A DNA stretch of 64,000 nucleotides. Source: Macrostomum lignano. Taxonomy: Eukaryota. Under the pieces are notes generated by a model that was given only the letters and a program-made list of their open reading frames with translations, did not search any database and was not told the origin of the DNA. The DNA lies in contig NIVC01000621.1 in the NCBI GenBank assembly GCA_002269645.1, positions 248,001-312,000 of the forward strand. The letters are read 5' to 3'. Positions within the stretch are counted from its first letter, which is position 1. Each line of letters starts with the position of its first letter. This document shows positions 36,063 through 49,200 of this stretch, one piece after another. Made by a program: the position numbers and the translations under genes.

Positions 36063-37867
36063 AACTCCGAAGTGCCGAAGTAGCGGTGGCCGTCCCCATA
36101 AGTTGGACGTCCGTATAAGTTCACCGCCTTCCTTCCTCTAGGAGCGAGGCTTCAGGAGCAAGCAAATACATGTAAGCTTCAGCGCACTGTCGTTCATCCA
36201 CAGGAAGTCGGCAGCACCGAACCTCTCCATAGACAACACCCAAACTGGCTTTCGTCTGCCGGGGAAGCCTTCTGAGCAAGGTAGCCGCGCAGGGCAGAGC
36301 CGCTGTAGCCGCATCATCTCCGCCTGCTTTGCAGCAGCCCCCTAACTTGCTTCAACATGCAATCGCTGCTTCTGCATGCATGGCAGACTAAATTCAGCCT
36401 GGCGTGTGTCGACATTCAGCATTTCTGAGGGCATCTTTGCGGAACATGTTTAGTAAGTTCAGCCGTATTTTAAGCGTTATTGCTGCTCTCCACTAGCTAA
36501 AATTTTCTGTTAAATTTTAACGAACTCGGGATTCTACTAGTACAATATATTTTTGCAAGCTGACAAAAATGCTTCTTCATAATTCTATACGTTCGTACTT
36601 AGCTAGTTCAACCGTCTATTGAATTCGGAAAGGATCCATTCAATTTCAGCAATCTTAACTAAAAAAATTCAGTCAAAAGTTGTAAAAATTCTCAAAATTT
36701 AAAAAAAATTACTTGTGAGAAAAACGCTATCGGACACTTACACATGTATCAATTCGTTTGGAATGGGAAGTCCAGAAAGTGAAAAGCTGTGAATTTAGCT
36801 GCTGTAAATATTATAAGCTGTTCATCACGCTAATGCGTTTGTAGCGAAAGCCGGCCAAGAAATTTGCACGATCATTGTGGGTGAAGCGTTACGGCCTTCT
36901 ACATATGTCTGAGCTTCAGTTTGTCCGTAAAAACAGACTGACAAACTGAAATCGGTTTCCAAAATATTTTATTGCATTTAATTCACGATAGGACAAAAAA
37001 AACTGTAAAGGGTATTCAGTTATTTACACTGCGTGTCAGACAGAAACATTTGTTTTAGTGTTTTAAAATATGCAATTTTAAAAATAATACTTGGTACCTC
37101 GTTGTTCATGACGCTCAAGCTGGTCACAGCTTGGTCCTGTTTCGACATCTACATGTACAAGGAACTAAAAGCTATTTTTGATAGCAAATCTAGTTTCATA
37201 TTTAACGAGATATTATACAACCTATCAGTGGCTCATTTACCTGTTTGATCGTACAGTACAGGTGGCACGGTCTTGATAGATATTTCGCGAATCGCGATGT
37301 AAAACAGTTTCTCTTCAATTTCCCATGTGAAACTTTGTATTCAGCAGTTCGACATCATTTTCTTTTACTCTGTAGCACATTAAGTAGTGGTTAAACCCCT
37401 ATAATTGTTAATTATTATTATCACAACTTTATTTTTAGAAGATTAGGAAAAAGCTTCTATTATGAATCAATTTTTCACATGTTACTTACTGATAAGCTGT
37501 ATATTAAACCTTGATTACCTATAACCATGTATGTTTTTATGAAACACTGATAAGAGAGGTGTATATAACTATATGTATACATTTATAACTACATATATAA
37601 TTTTGTACCTATTTATTGATATTCACATATATAAATACATATGTATATATAGATATTTACAGATTAGATAAGCATTGTGATATTGAATTAATAAATTGAT
37701 TATAACTATTAACTCTATCCAGTGTTATGCAATGGTCTACTAGAAAGATGTTGGACTTTTAAAAACCAAACAGTTTAAAACGTTTTTATAGCTATACTGC
37801 TTGCAGATTTAAAAAAGCTCCAAAACTGAATTAAGAAGATTGTTTGAAACATTTAAAATTTCATGCC

Positions 37868-38191
37868 ATGGCTAACTGCATTCACACTGTGGCTACTGCT
37901 CGAAAAAAATGTTGGAGGTGTCATTTCGTTGACGACAATATTTTTAGAAAATTTTGCGAAGAATGCGGTGAAAATGATCCGTTCACCTACTTTTGCTTGG
38001 AATGTCCTTCTGCAGCTTCAAACTCAAGTCAGTGCCCACATCCACTGGGTTCTTGGTGGAAGCGGTGCTCGATATGTGAAGAATCTTCCCCTGGTCATGC
38101 AGAGAAGCTTTGGACAAGATTCTGTTCAGAATGCCGAGCAAAAACTAGATTTCAAATTGTCTGTTCAACTTGCAAGCCTGAAGATTTTTAA
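37868..38191 (+). CDS. Small double zinc-ribbon-like protein (107 aa, two internal repeats, six CxxC)
   Basis: CxH-x8-CWRC..KFCEEC..CLEC, then CPH-x8-CSIC..RFCSEC..CSTC. Confidence 0.6.
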   Translation: MANCIHTVATARKKCWRCHFVDDNIFRKFCEECGENDPFTYFCLECPSAASNSSQCPHPLGSWWKRCSICEESSPGHAEKLWTRFCSECRAKTRFQIVCSTCKPEDF

Positions 38192-38644
38192 GTATAACTT
38201 GCGTGTTATAATTAAACTTATTTGATTGTATCAAGCAAAATCAGCAGTTATTGATTAATAGTTTTAATCATCATCCCCACTCACCAGCCCCTGCGCTTTG
38301 TCTCGTTCTAATTAACTAGTTTCATGCTCAAATCCTGAATAGTGGCTGAAGTCAGAAGTTTTTTCGCACTGCTAAATCACTTTTGAACTTTTTTAAAAGG
38401 CGACTATTGTAGCTAGTATACTACTCGTAAAATGTATCTACTAACTAACTAACGATAAAAAGCATAATTGAGAAAACTATTAGCAATCTATTTAACTTTG
38501 TAGCGTAGACCGTGCGAGTTCCATAGCACCAGAGAGCTGCAATTGAGCAGCCCGCATTCGAACTTCCAACGAGACAGAGGTGGATCCTTGCGTCGCAGAC
38601 GATTTAGCGAAGGACCTAGCCAACCACGGCGGAGAAGGAACAAT

Positions 38645-41160
38645 ATGTTGGAATCAGTTTTCAAGCTGGCCAAATTAGTTGAAGAGCTTCAGTCGGAACC
38701 GGACCAGCATTCGTTTTTTGACTTTCTACATGATAGCCAATGCTGGATTGAGCGGACCCTGTCCGGTGTTTTGGACCAGTCGATTCCCCTGGAGACGCAG
38801 GAGCAACAAATGAAACTTATGCACGAGCTTAAAAAAAGGCAAAGTCTAGTAATTAAAGTTCAGTCAATGGGAGGTAAGCTCGCGGAAGAAAATTTCGGGA
38901 ACAAAGATTTGTGCGCGGAAATCAGAAAGCAAATTCGTGACATCGGCCAAAAAATGTCCGACTTGAACGAGGTTGTTCAACAAAAAATGGTGAGTAGTTT
39001 TAATTTTGTTAATATAGCATAAATGCAATACCATGACTTGTTTGTCTTCATATCCTACTAGCGAATATCACGGTTGAGCACTTACCCGCAATGGTGATCC
39101 GGTCTGCATACTTTCCGAAGTCTGTCTCTGACCGCTGGAAAATTTGTCTTGAGGTAGCTCACTACGAGAATAGGTAACAGCGGACCGGGAAAGGCTGTAT
39201 GCTAGCTGTATAATAAGACAGGTCTCTAGTTTGGTATTCTCAACCCCAGAATTTGGCCGCAGGGAGCTTCTGCCAGTGCGAAAGTGGGTTCTATTGACGA
39301 GCAGGATGGGTGGCCCCATGATTTCGGTACACTTTCGGACGCTTCGAAAATACGTCTGCTGACAAAAGCTGGGATCTTAGGAAGCAAGGTGGGCCCTCGT
39401 ATGGAGGGTGCCCGCAGACCTAAGCAGCGGCAATATCATACCAAGTCTTCCGGAGCCTCTCAACACTTTTGGACTACCTGGGTTTCCGAATAGTTCCTGA
39501 ACTTCCTTGAATTCAGTAGAATGTAATAGTACGTACATTCAGCTGTGTATAGAGGCTTGTCAGCATAAAAGCACCCCCCCCCTACAAAATTTCTCGCTTC
39601 CTGCATGTCAATGCGATCCAGTCTCAGCAGTGTCCCTTTTATTGGCTACGAATTCGAGATTGAATATGAAAAAACACTTGTTGGCAGGTAAGTCCAGTGC
39701 CATTTCAAGTCGGAAATCCGATTTCGAAAGAGCTGGTTTGTTTAGCTAGTTCTCATGGATTGTTGGTGGCGGGTTAGCTTAATCTCAGGATTATCTAATC
39801 TCCATCGTTGGAATTCTGACCGCTTGTCTCTCGCTGTCTTCTCTTATGGGGCTGACCAGCTGATATATTTTTATTGCTATTATTTTAACTGGACAGAGTT
39901 TTTGCATTCAAGCATTCACGAAACTGTCTGCAGGGCGCTGGTTACAATCAATTGGCCGAAGCAGCGTCAATTGGTCCCGCAAAGCTATGCACCCCTGATC
40001 AATCACTTCTGCAGCAGTATTGGCAGAAATTTCGCGACTGTCGATGCTGGATATCTGCCCTTCATTACAACATGACAAGACACTGTCAGATAGACGATTC
40101 TCAGCCTTCACCAGAGCATAAGGAGGTTCGTAGACAAAGGATCCTTCAAAAGCTACGCAAAGAGATCGATAGCAGATCGTGGACAGTGGAAAATGTCCGC
40201 ACACTGGGTTACAAACTGATAGAGGAAAATCGAGGAAATTCAGTTTTACGCACGGATGTCAAGGACCAGTTAGGCATCTTGATTGAAGAGTTTAACAGTC
40301 TTCAGGACATGGCTGTGCACCTGTGGGTAAGGTGATCTGTAAACATTTTCCAAAGGGATTTGTTAATAAAAGATACGAGCGCATGTTCAATTTGAAAGGA
40401 TTTGCAGTTGCCAACAATTCATTTTTAGAACGACGAGTTAAGAACGTTTCGCTGCGGGCACACCGAACGGCTCGACCGCGAATCATCTTTACGTCGAATA
40501 AGTGACCAGTTCTGTTCCAGCTGTTGGCCTCTGGCCAGCCAGGTGCAGGCAAACAAACTTTGTCAGGATGGTGACAGAATCAGACGTACACCAGTCACTG
40601 CTGACAATGAAGACACTGCGGTCGAGTACTATAAGATAAGCGACCGAGTTCTGCGATACGCATTAAAGGAGCACAATATTAAGTTGGAAATTCGTTCCAT
40701 TGAGAAAATAAAAAATCCAGTCTTGGATAAGAAACTTTTCAATGTATACAACGAAATGCACAAGAAGGACTGTGTGCCGGAGTTGCTTTTCCACGGAACT
40801 ACAAGAAAAAATGCTGAAATGATCATTCAGAATGGATTCAAGGTTGGCAATAGCGGAATGTTCGGTGCTGGCATATACTTCGCAACCGATAGCACCAAGA
40901 GCGCTCAGTATTGCAGGGGAACAGGTATTAAATCGCTGCTGCTCTGCGATGTCTTGCTGGGTAAAACAATGGTGTGCGATGCTCCAAAGACCAGTCTTAC
41001 CTTAGAGCAGGTTAGAACAGCTGGATACGATTCCGTGTTTGCCAGAAGAAATTCGAAGAAAAAAGGAGGAGTGTTGAATGACGAGTACATCGTGTACAGA
41101 GCGGAGCAAGCCACCCCGAGATATCTAATCAAGTTTGGGTCAGAGTGCTCGATTCTGTGA
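38645..41160 (+). CDS. Two spectrin-like repeats + PARP catalytic domain with intact H-Y-E (PARP-B); exons 38645-38989 (frame open from acceptor at 38504), 39934-40326, 40543-41160 (~451 aa)
   Basis: LLFHGT, GMFGAGIYFA, SAQY, LLCDVLLGK, NDEYIVY. Upstream exons each show a spectrin-like F-x6-W-I helix plus heptad helices. Donors GTGAGT and GTAAGG, CAG acceptors, all phase 0. Confidence 0.8.
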
Positions 41161-42237
41161 TTTTTCTTTTTAGGACGCTTCAATTTTTTAATTCTTCAAA
41201 AGAATGAAATATAGTAGTTACCTTGCCGTCTCAAAGAAGGGACCAATCAAAAATATGTTTCCTTTCCTTTTTAAGAATTTTGTAGGAGCTGGATACATGT
41301 ATCTATTATTTGGGTGCACTTTGACTCTTCCTAGTGCGATTTCCTAAACTTTATGTATTCCGCAGCTCCAATTTTGTTTTTTTTTACTGAACTTACCGAA
41401 TTCTACAAGCGTCGATCGATTTTGTGTTTATCTGTTTTTAACTTGGCTCCCTTCCACTTTTATTGCCATTGCTGAACGGACAAAACAACCTGCTACAGTA
41501 CTTATTTATTCATGCTAAAATTGAAGTTTATGAATTTAAAAAAAAAATTATTCAAGGTTCCATTTTCCATTTTTAAGTTACTCATTCATGATCCCTTGGC
41601 TCCGACGAGTGTTATACCACAGGTTCGGAGATAGACCACGATGCATTGCATGTTGGCAATTTAGGTTTTTAAGATTTGATGCTTAACCATTATATATGCA
41701 TGCACTGTCTAGAAATACTAGATCGGTCATGCAAAGTATAGCTTGCTAGCTACAGTGTCTTCTGAACTAAACTTTGCTTATTTGTGTAAAGACTTTGGTC
41801 ACAACTTTAGCAGTCAGTAAGCCGACTTCACAAGCCGAACAAGAGAGCCTCGATCTAACGTTATATTGTCGCTCTGCTACCCAGGATGCGACACTAAAAA
41901 GTTTACTTTAAACGATTGCATAACCTTAACTATGAACTTTTAAAGAAGTGAACTTTGAGTCTCACTTCCCAGAAAGCGAAGCGTCAGGGAGCGGTCAACC
42001 ATAGACTATTCGTTGAAATCAGCAGGTTCTAATCTGGTCTCTATTCTTCTCTGGTATTTTACTGAACTGAATCGGATACATTAAGCACTTACTTAAGTCT
42101 CATCCCGAGTCTGAGCAATGTCTGAGCAATGATCTGGAGTAGAGTTTCAGTCTCTGAAGATGATAATTTTTCCATGCGGTTGTGAGGTCGAGCCTGCCAA
42201 TTCCTGTGATCTTCAGTAAATGAAATCAGGTCTTGGA

Positions 42238-42280
<43 letters not shown>

Positions 42281-43341
42281 GCACGGGGCATTTGTTGGGC
42301 CATACGCGTACAACGGGACCCGCACTGTTGGGCCAAAAAAAATGTTGGGACTGTCCCATCAAGTCCGTCCAACACTTCCAAAAAACTTACAATAGCAGCT
42401 CAAAAAAATACTCTATGGATTCAGCTCGACAGCCTCTTTTTGATGGTGCAACTCATTTTTAATAATTTTACTTTCTGAGTCCATAATTAAGCAAAAACTG
42501 GCGTCCCAATAAGGAAAAATGATACAAAATTCGACCAAATCACTATTGGGACACTGAAATGGCTAATCTGCTCCCGCATATTTTTATTGGTTTTTTCTCA
42601 TATTTTTACTAATAGTAGATTTCAAGCGCATTCATTTGCTGCAGTCTTTGTTTCAAGACGTAAATACATAGCATACATTAAAATACATACAAAGCAAAGC
42701 ATAGCAAAACACTTTTAAGGGTATTTTATTGTCAAAGGATGGTTCTGGATGGAGATAAACCTAAAGAAATGACAAGGGCTTACATGTACTTCTGACTGTG
42801 ATGGGCATCAGTACTCTACACGAACTAAATTGTTAGGACAGTGTTGCAGTGTTGAATACAACAGCCCACTCTTGTTAGGACTCATGCTATTGACTGCTGC
42901 GCGCATTCGATATTCTATAAATTGTTGGGACTGTGTGCTAGAGTCTCGTTTACAAAAGCCCACTCATATTAGGACTTACCCCGTACATGTTAGGACTAAG
43001 CTCTACCCCCCTGTGTACATGGCTCCAATTTACCAGAGTCCCCTTGCTAGTTAAGTGTACTTTTATTTTGGTCTATTATTGACGCCACCCCGCAAACGTA
43101 CGGTAAAACTAAATTGGCATGTACTCGCTATGCTGAAATCAATGGTCAACTCTGCCTCTGCCATGGCACCCGAGTCACCATGGTATGGAAAGAACAGCAT
43201 GGAATGGCACAGCGAGAAACATGTAAGTGGTATTAAAAAACTTTGTCGGAAACAAGAAGCATTTATATTTAAATGCTATAAAAAATACTGCTCCTGCTAA
43301 GCAGTACCTACCTTTACTTCAGGTATATCACCTTTGATCAA

Positions 43342-45027
43342 ATGCCATGTGGCGCAATTGCCAAAGGATCCGTCGACCGTTTTCGCATTACTGATGGCAA
43401 AGGGCTTTGTGAGACTTTTAATGCCAATTACATGTCTACTTCTACTTTTCATCGCGCTGTTGAGCTGCAAATTAAGGAAGAGATTGAGAATGGCAGGTAT
43501 TTGATTGTGCCTAAGAAGCCTACGATGGTCAGCCCTCTGGGAGCAATTCCCAAGGATAACGGGAAGGCTCGACTTATTCATGACTGCAGCACGCCTCCGG
43601 GCTACTCGGTAAATGACAACTATACGAAGAAGCTGAGCCCCAGGTTTGAGTCCGTCAAGAAGGTTGCAGCCTCTATCGGCAAGGGCTGGTTCATGGCAAA
43701 GCTTGACTTGTCGCAAGCTTACAGAAGCGTGGCGATCCATCCGGATGATTACCAGGCGACCGGCATTGGTTGGCGTTTTAAAGGCAACCGTGATCTGACA
43801 TGGCTTGTCGACACCCGGCTACCCTTTGGTAGCTGCGCCTCGGTCGAGATTTTCTACCGGCTTACTCAAGCGGTCAAGAGGATGATGGTGCGACGCGGCG
43901 TGGCCAATATTTCGGTTTACCTGGATGATTTTCTGGTTGCAGCCGAGAGCGAGAAAGAGTGTATGGATGCTCTGAAAGAGCTGATTAAGCTGGTTCGCCA
44001 GTTAGGTTTTGGTGTCAATTGGAATAAAGTGGTTGAACCTACGCAATGCTTGGTGTATCTCGGTGTGAAGATTGATACTGTCCGTGGAGTTCTTAGTGTG
44101 CCGGCGGAAAAGTGTGAGGAAATGCGCACCACACTGCTTAACTTTTCGCAGCGCAGGCGTCTCTCGAAACGACAGCTTTCGTCGCTTTGTGGCAAGCTCA
44201 GCTGGGTCGTCCAGGTGGTGCACGCTGGGAGTTGCTTCCTAAGACCCCTGTTCGACCTGCTTAATGCCCTGGAAAAGCCACATCACAAAGTGCGTGTGTC
44301 CGCTGACACTGTGCGTATTTTACTCTGGTGGCGAGGTGCCCTTCTGAAGCTGCCTGATTTTCAGCTTTGGAGAAGTTGCACAAACGGCTGGATCATCGAA
44401 ACCGATGCGAGCAGTGCTGGTGGCGGAGCCATTTTGCGCAATGGTAGCGGTATGGTGGATTGGCTGTACGTCAATTGGGATCTGGATGCTGGAGGAAAGT
44501 TTAAAGACAAGCATATCACGTACAAAGAAGCTATTGTTCCGCTGCTGGCTATGGTTCGCTGGGGTGCCTTTTTAAATGACAGTTCGGTCGTGGTCTACTC
44601 CGACTCTAGTGCGGCTGTTGGCATGATTAACAGAGGTTGCTGTCGGCAGCCTGAGTTGCAGCCGCTGTTCCAGACTGCCATGCTCATTGCTGTTAGGCGT
44701 GGGGTTGAGGTGCGCGCTTTTCATGTGCCTGGCTGGTACCATGTCTTTGCGGACCCGTGCTCTAGGCTGCACGCCGTGGACAAAATGCGCGATTTTTTAT
44801 TTCGGGTGTATGGCTCTGTTGACTGCTGTTTTAACGAGATCGCTAGCCATGCTTTCTGCCCTGCTGCCTCCGTTTTTCTCATTTTACAGGCCCTCCGCGC
44901 CAGACTCCCGACCGCCTCAGCAAGCGTTGCGCATTTATCCTGGGCAATGCCTACGCGCCCCGCACGAAGCGGAGTTACCAGTCGCAGCTCGCGTCTTGGC
45001 TGCGATTTTGCAATTCCCGGCACCTGA
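43342..45027 (+). CDS. DIRS/Ngaro reverse transcriptase - RNase H
   Basis: SPLGAIPK, RLIHDCS, KLDLSQAYR, RLPFG, YLDDF, YLGV; RNase H TDAS, KE, SDS, AD..SR. Confidence 0.92.
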   Translation: MPCGAIAKGSVDRFRITDGKGLCETFNANYMSTSTFHRAVELQIKEEIENGRYLIVPKKPTMVSPLGAIPKDNGKARLIHDCSTPPGYSVNDNYTKKLSPRFESVKKVAASIGKGWFMAKLDLSQAYRSVAIHPDDYQATGIGWRFKGNRDLTWLVDTRLPFGSCASVEIFYRLTQAVKRMMVRRGVANISVYLDDFLVAAESEKECMDALKELIKLVRQLGFGVNWNKVVEPTQCLVYLGVKIDTVRGVLSVPAEKCEEMRTTLLNFSQRRRLSKRQLSSLCGKLSWVVQVVHAGSCFLRPLFDLLNALEKPHHKVRVSADTVRILLWWRGALLKLPDFQLWRSCTNGWIIETDASSAGGGAILRNGSGMVDWLYVNWDLDAGGKFKDKHITYKEAIVPLLAMVRWGAFLNDSSVVVYSDSSAAVGMINRGCCRQPELQPLFQTAMLIAVRRGVEVRAFHVPGWYHVFADPCSRLHAVDKMRDFLFRVYGSVDCCFNEIASHAFCPAASVFLILQALRARLPTASASVAHLSWAMPTRPARSGVTSRSSRLGCDFAIPGT

Positions 45028-45877
45028 CGCCGCTGCGGGCAGAGCCTGTGCACGTGGCTGAATACCTGGCTGAGCTGTCCACCCGGCTGTCAGCCTTTCG
45101 GAGTTGCCAGGCGTATGCTAACGCGGTCTCGCTGTACTTCAGAGCTCTCGGCCGGCCGGACCCGTGCGAGTCGCCGATGGTTAAGCTGGTGCTTCGTGGT
45201 CTTCGCCGGTGTCTCAGTCGGCAGCAGCGCTCAAGGGAGCCATTCAGAGTCGCGGATCTCCTCAAGCTACACGCCCACCTGGACCAACGTCTGAAGAGTG
45301 ACATCGCGTTCTGGGCAGCAGTTCTGGCAGCCTGGTGGGGTATGCTGCGAAAAGCGAATGTGACGACGCAATCGGGGCAGCTCGATCTGTGGTGCGACCT
45401 GGCAGCATCGAGCATCGTCTTTTCAGAGTACGACTGTGAGCTCACTGTGCGGCATTCGAAGACCAACCAGTTCAGCGAGTGTTTCTTCCGAAACTGCCTG
45501 ATGGAAGCTTGTGTGTCCTGTGTCCGTTCCGTGCGCTCGAGCGGCAGCTACGGACAAACCGAATCGGCCAGGCGCCGCGTCCGGTTCACCTGTTCTCCAC
45601 GTGGTCGTCCGCGGGATGGTTGCCTCTGACGGCTAGCAGGTTTGATAGCCGGCTTCGTTCGCTCTGCACATCGGCGGGTTTGTCGCCACGCGAGTTCACT
45701 GGCCACGGGCTGCGGCGGGGCGGCGCTACGGCAGCCATGCAGCTCGGTGTTCCACTGCCGATGATCAAGAAGCTGGGCGACTGGAAGGGCAACTCAGTGT
45801 TTCGCTATCTATCTGTTCGGGACTCGGATGCCAGGGCGGCTGTGCATGGCTTGGCTCGTCGGGTTGGCGCGCTCTAA
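44890..45877 (+). pseudogene. Ngaro tyrosine recombinase, split by a frameshift at ~45480
   Basis: AYAPRTKRSY..WLRFC, GMLRKAN (R), SKTNQF (K), then in another frame GHGLRRGGAT, LGDW, RYL. Confidence 0.88.
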
Positions 45878-46298
45878 CTCTCTCTCTCTCTCTCTCTATG
45901 TCGAACTTTCTGGTTTGGGTTGGGCCAGGCTCGAACCTGCGCCTCTCGTGCCAACTGCCTTGACTTCGTCTCACTGGTTTAATGGTCCGACCGGGCGTAG
46001 CTTGGTTGGGTGTTAAACCAGTGGGGCGTGGCTCTTGTGCGTTGGTGCGGGGGTGGTGGGCCGGGCCTTGGTCACGTGCCCGCGGCCTGGGTGGCGGTTT
46101 TTTAATGCGGTGCGGGCTGTCGCTGACCCGCCAAGCGCGTATTGATTTTTTTTTCTCGCTTTTAAGTCTCCAAGGTTTTTATTTGGCTTTTAGTCCGGTA
46201 AATTAAAGTTAATAAATACGCTCGAATACTCGTACAATAGGGCCAGGCTCGAACCTGCGCCTCTCGTGCCAACTGCCTTGACTTCGTCTCACTGGTTT

Positions 46299-49200
46299 AA
46301 TAAAGGGCTCCAGAACAAATTGATGGGCAAACGGATGACACACTGCACAGAGACTTGTTGGGACATATTAAAAACAGCTTATTTTAGAATGGGTACACTT
46401 TACTAAAGTAGAATGCTCCTACAGAAAGCTGCAAGCAAACTAGCATCTTCTGGAGCTGACATGCAGAGAAGAATGATTTTGTCGTCCTTGAAATCACTAA
46501 ATCGATATGCGAAATCGATCTTTTGCTAATCCCACCACAGGTTCCAGTGAAAAGAAGAAACGAAACCCATTGACTAAATTGGCAGTCGACTCAATCGATG
46601 CCGACTGCAACGGACCTGTCAGCTTCGAACTCAGGAGAGCAGCTAATAGACTACGAGAGTAATGCTAGATGCCAGAATGCTTCACAGCATCAAAGTCTTA
46701 AGCAGAAGCTTCAATGAAAGGTTAGTTCATGCTGTGGCTGCATTCGTTTTCGTGTCTAGAAGCGTTATAACTTTTTGTACTTTTAACTCTCAGATTGGGT
46801 CTTAGCAGATTCTATAGCTATGCATGCAAGCGCCCCTCAGAAGAGATGCTTAAATACTGCAGTGCATTTTTCCTAGCAATTATTGGGACACGAAGTGTTG
46901 GGCCACTGTGTGTGTGTCTAGTTTTTTCCGCATTTGTTAAGTCACCTAAAGAACTCGATTAATAAAGGGCTCCAGAACAAATTGATGGGCAAACGGATGA
47001 CACACTGCACAGAGACTTGTTGGGACATATTAAAAACAGCTTATATTAGAATGGGTATACTTTACTAAAGTAGAATGCTCCTACAGAAAGCTGCAAGCAA
47101 ACTAGCATCTTCTGGAGCTGACATGCAGAGAAGAATGATTTTGTCGTCCTTGAAATCACTAAATCGATATGCGAAATCGATCTTTTGCTAATCCCACCAC
47201 AGGTTCCAGTGAAAAGAAGAAACGAAACCCATTGACTAAATTGGCAGTCGACTCAATCGATTCCGACTGCAACGGACCTGTCAGCTTCGAACTCAGGAGA
47301 GCAGCTAATAGACTACGAGAGTAATGCTAGATGCCAGAATGCTTCACAGCATCAAAGTCTTAAGCAGAAGCTTCAATGAAAGGTTAGTTCATGCTGTGGC
47401 TGCATTCGTTTTCGTGTCTAGAAGCGTTATAACTTTTTGTACTTTTAACTCTCAGATCGGGTCTTAGCAGATTCTATAGCTATGCATGCAAGGGCCCCTC
47501 AGAAGAGATGCTTAAATACTGCAGTGCATTTTTCCTAGCAATTATTGGGGCACGAAGTGTTGGGCCACTGTGTGTGTGTCTAGTTTTTTCCGCATTTGTT
47601 AAGTCACCTAAAGAACTCGATTAATAAAGGGCTCCAGAACAAATTGATGGGCAAACGGATGACACACTGCACAGAGACTTGTTGGGACATATTAAAAACA
47701 GCTTATATTAGAATGGGTATACTTTACTAAAGTAGAATGCTCCTACAGAAAGCTGCAAGCAAACTAGCATCTTCTGGAGCTGACATGCAGAGAAGAATGA
47801 TTTTGTCGTCCTTGAAATCACTAAATCGATATGCGAAATCGATCTTTTGCTAATCCCACCACAGGTTCCAGTGAAAAGAAGAAACGAAACCCATTGACTA
47901 AATTGGCAGTCGACTCAATCGATTCCGACTGCAACGGACCTGTCAGCTTCGAACTCAGGAGAGCAGCTAATAGACTACGAGAGTAATGCTAGATGCCAGA
48001 ATGCTTCACAGCATCAAAGTCTTAAGCAGAAGCTTCAATGAAAGGTTAGTTCATGCTGTGGCTGCATTCGTTTTCGTGTCTAGAAGCGTTATAACTTTTT
48101 GTACTTTTAACTCTCAGATTGGGTCTTAGCAGATTCTATAGCTATGCATGCAAGCGCCCCTCAGAAGAGATGCTTAAACACTGCAGTGCATTTTTCCTAG
48201 CAATTATTGGGACACGAAGTGTTGGGCCACTGTGTGTGTGTCTAGTTTTTTCCGCATTTGTTAAGTCACCTAAAGAACTCGATTAATAAAGGGCTCCAGA
48301 ACAAATTGATGGGCAAACGGATGACACACTGCACAGAGACTTGTTGGGACATATTAAAAACAGCTTATTTTAGAATGGGTACACTTTACTAAAGTAGAAT
48401 GCTCCTACAGAAAGCTGCAAGCAAACTAGCATCTTCTGGAGCTGACATGCAGAGAAGAATGATTTTGTCGTCCTTGAAATCACTAAATCGATATGCGAAA
48501 TCGATCTTTTGCTAATCCCACCACAGGTTCCAGTGAAAAGAAGAAACGAAACCCATTGACTAAATTGGCAGTCGACTCAATCGATGCCGACTGCAACGGA
48601 CCTGTCAGCTTCGAACTCAGGAGAGCAGCTAATAGACTACGAGAGTAATGCTAGATGCCAGAATGCTTCACAGCATCAAAGTCTTAAGCAGAAGCTTCAA
48701 TGAAAGGTTAGTTCATGCTGTGGCTGCATTCGTTTTCGTGTCTAGAAGCGTTATAACTTTTTGTACTTTTAACTCTCAGATCGGGTCTTAGCAGATTCTA
48801 TAGCTATGCATGCAAGGCCCCTCAGAAGAGATGCTTAAATACTGCAGTGCATTTTTCCTAGCAATTATTGGGACACGAAGTGTTGGGCCACTGTGTGTGT
48901 GTCTAGTTTTTTCCGCATTTGTTAAGTCACCTAAAGAACTCGATTAATAAAGGGCTCCAGAACAAATTGATGGGCAAACGGATGACACACTGCACAGAGA
49001 CTTGTTGGGACATATTAAAAACAGCTTATATTAGAATGGGTATACTTTACTAAAGTAGAATGCTCCTACAGAAAGCTGCAAGCAAACTAGCATCTTCTGG
49101 AGCTGACATGCAGAGAAGAATGATTTTGTCGTCCTTGAAATCACTAAATCGATATGCGAAATCGATCTTTTGCTAATCCCACCACAGGTTCCAGTGAAAA

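Larger units (their letters stand above)
43320..46301 (+). mobile_element. Ngaro-type (DIRS order) tyrosine-recombinase retrotransposon, 5'-truncated (no gag or 5' repeat)
   Basis: RT-RNase H ORF, overlapping YR frame, and a 62-bp perfect direct repeat at 45922-45983 and 46240-46301 (B1/B2) separated by 256 bp containing AATAAA. Confidence 0.9.
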
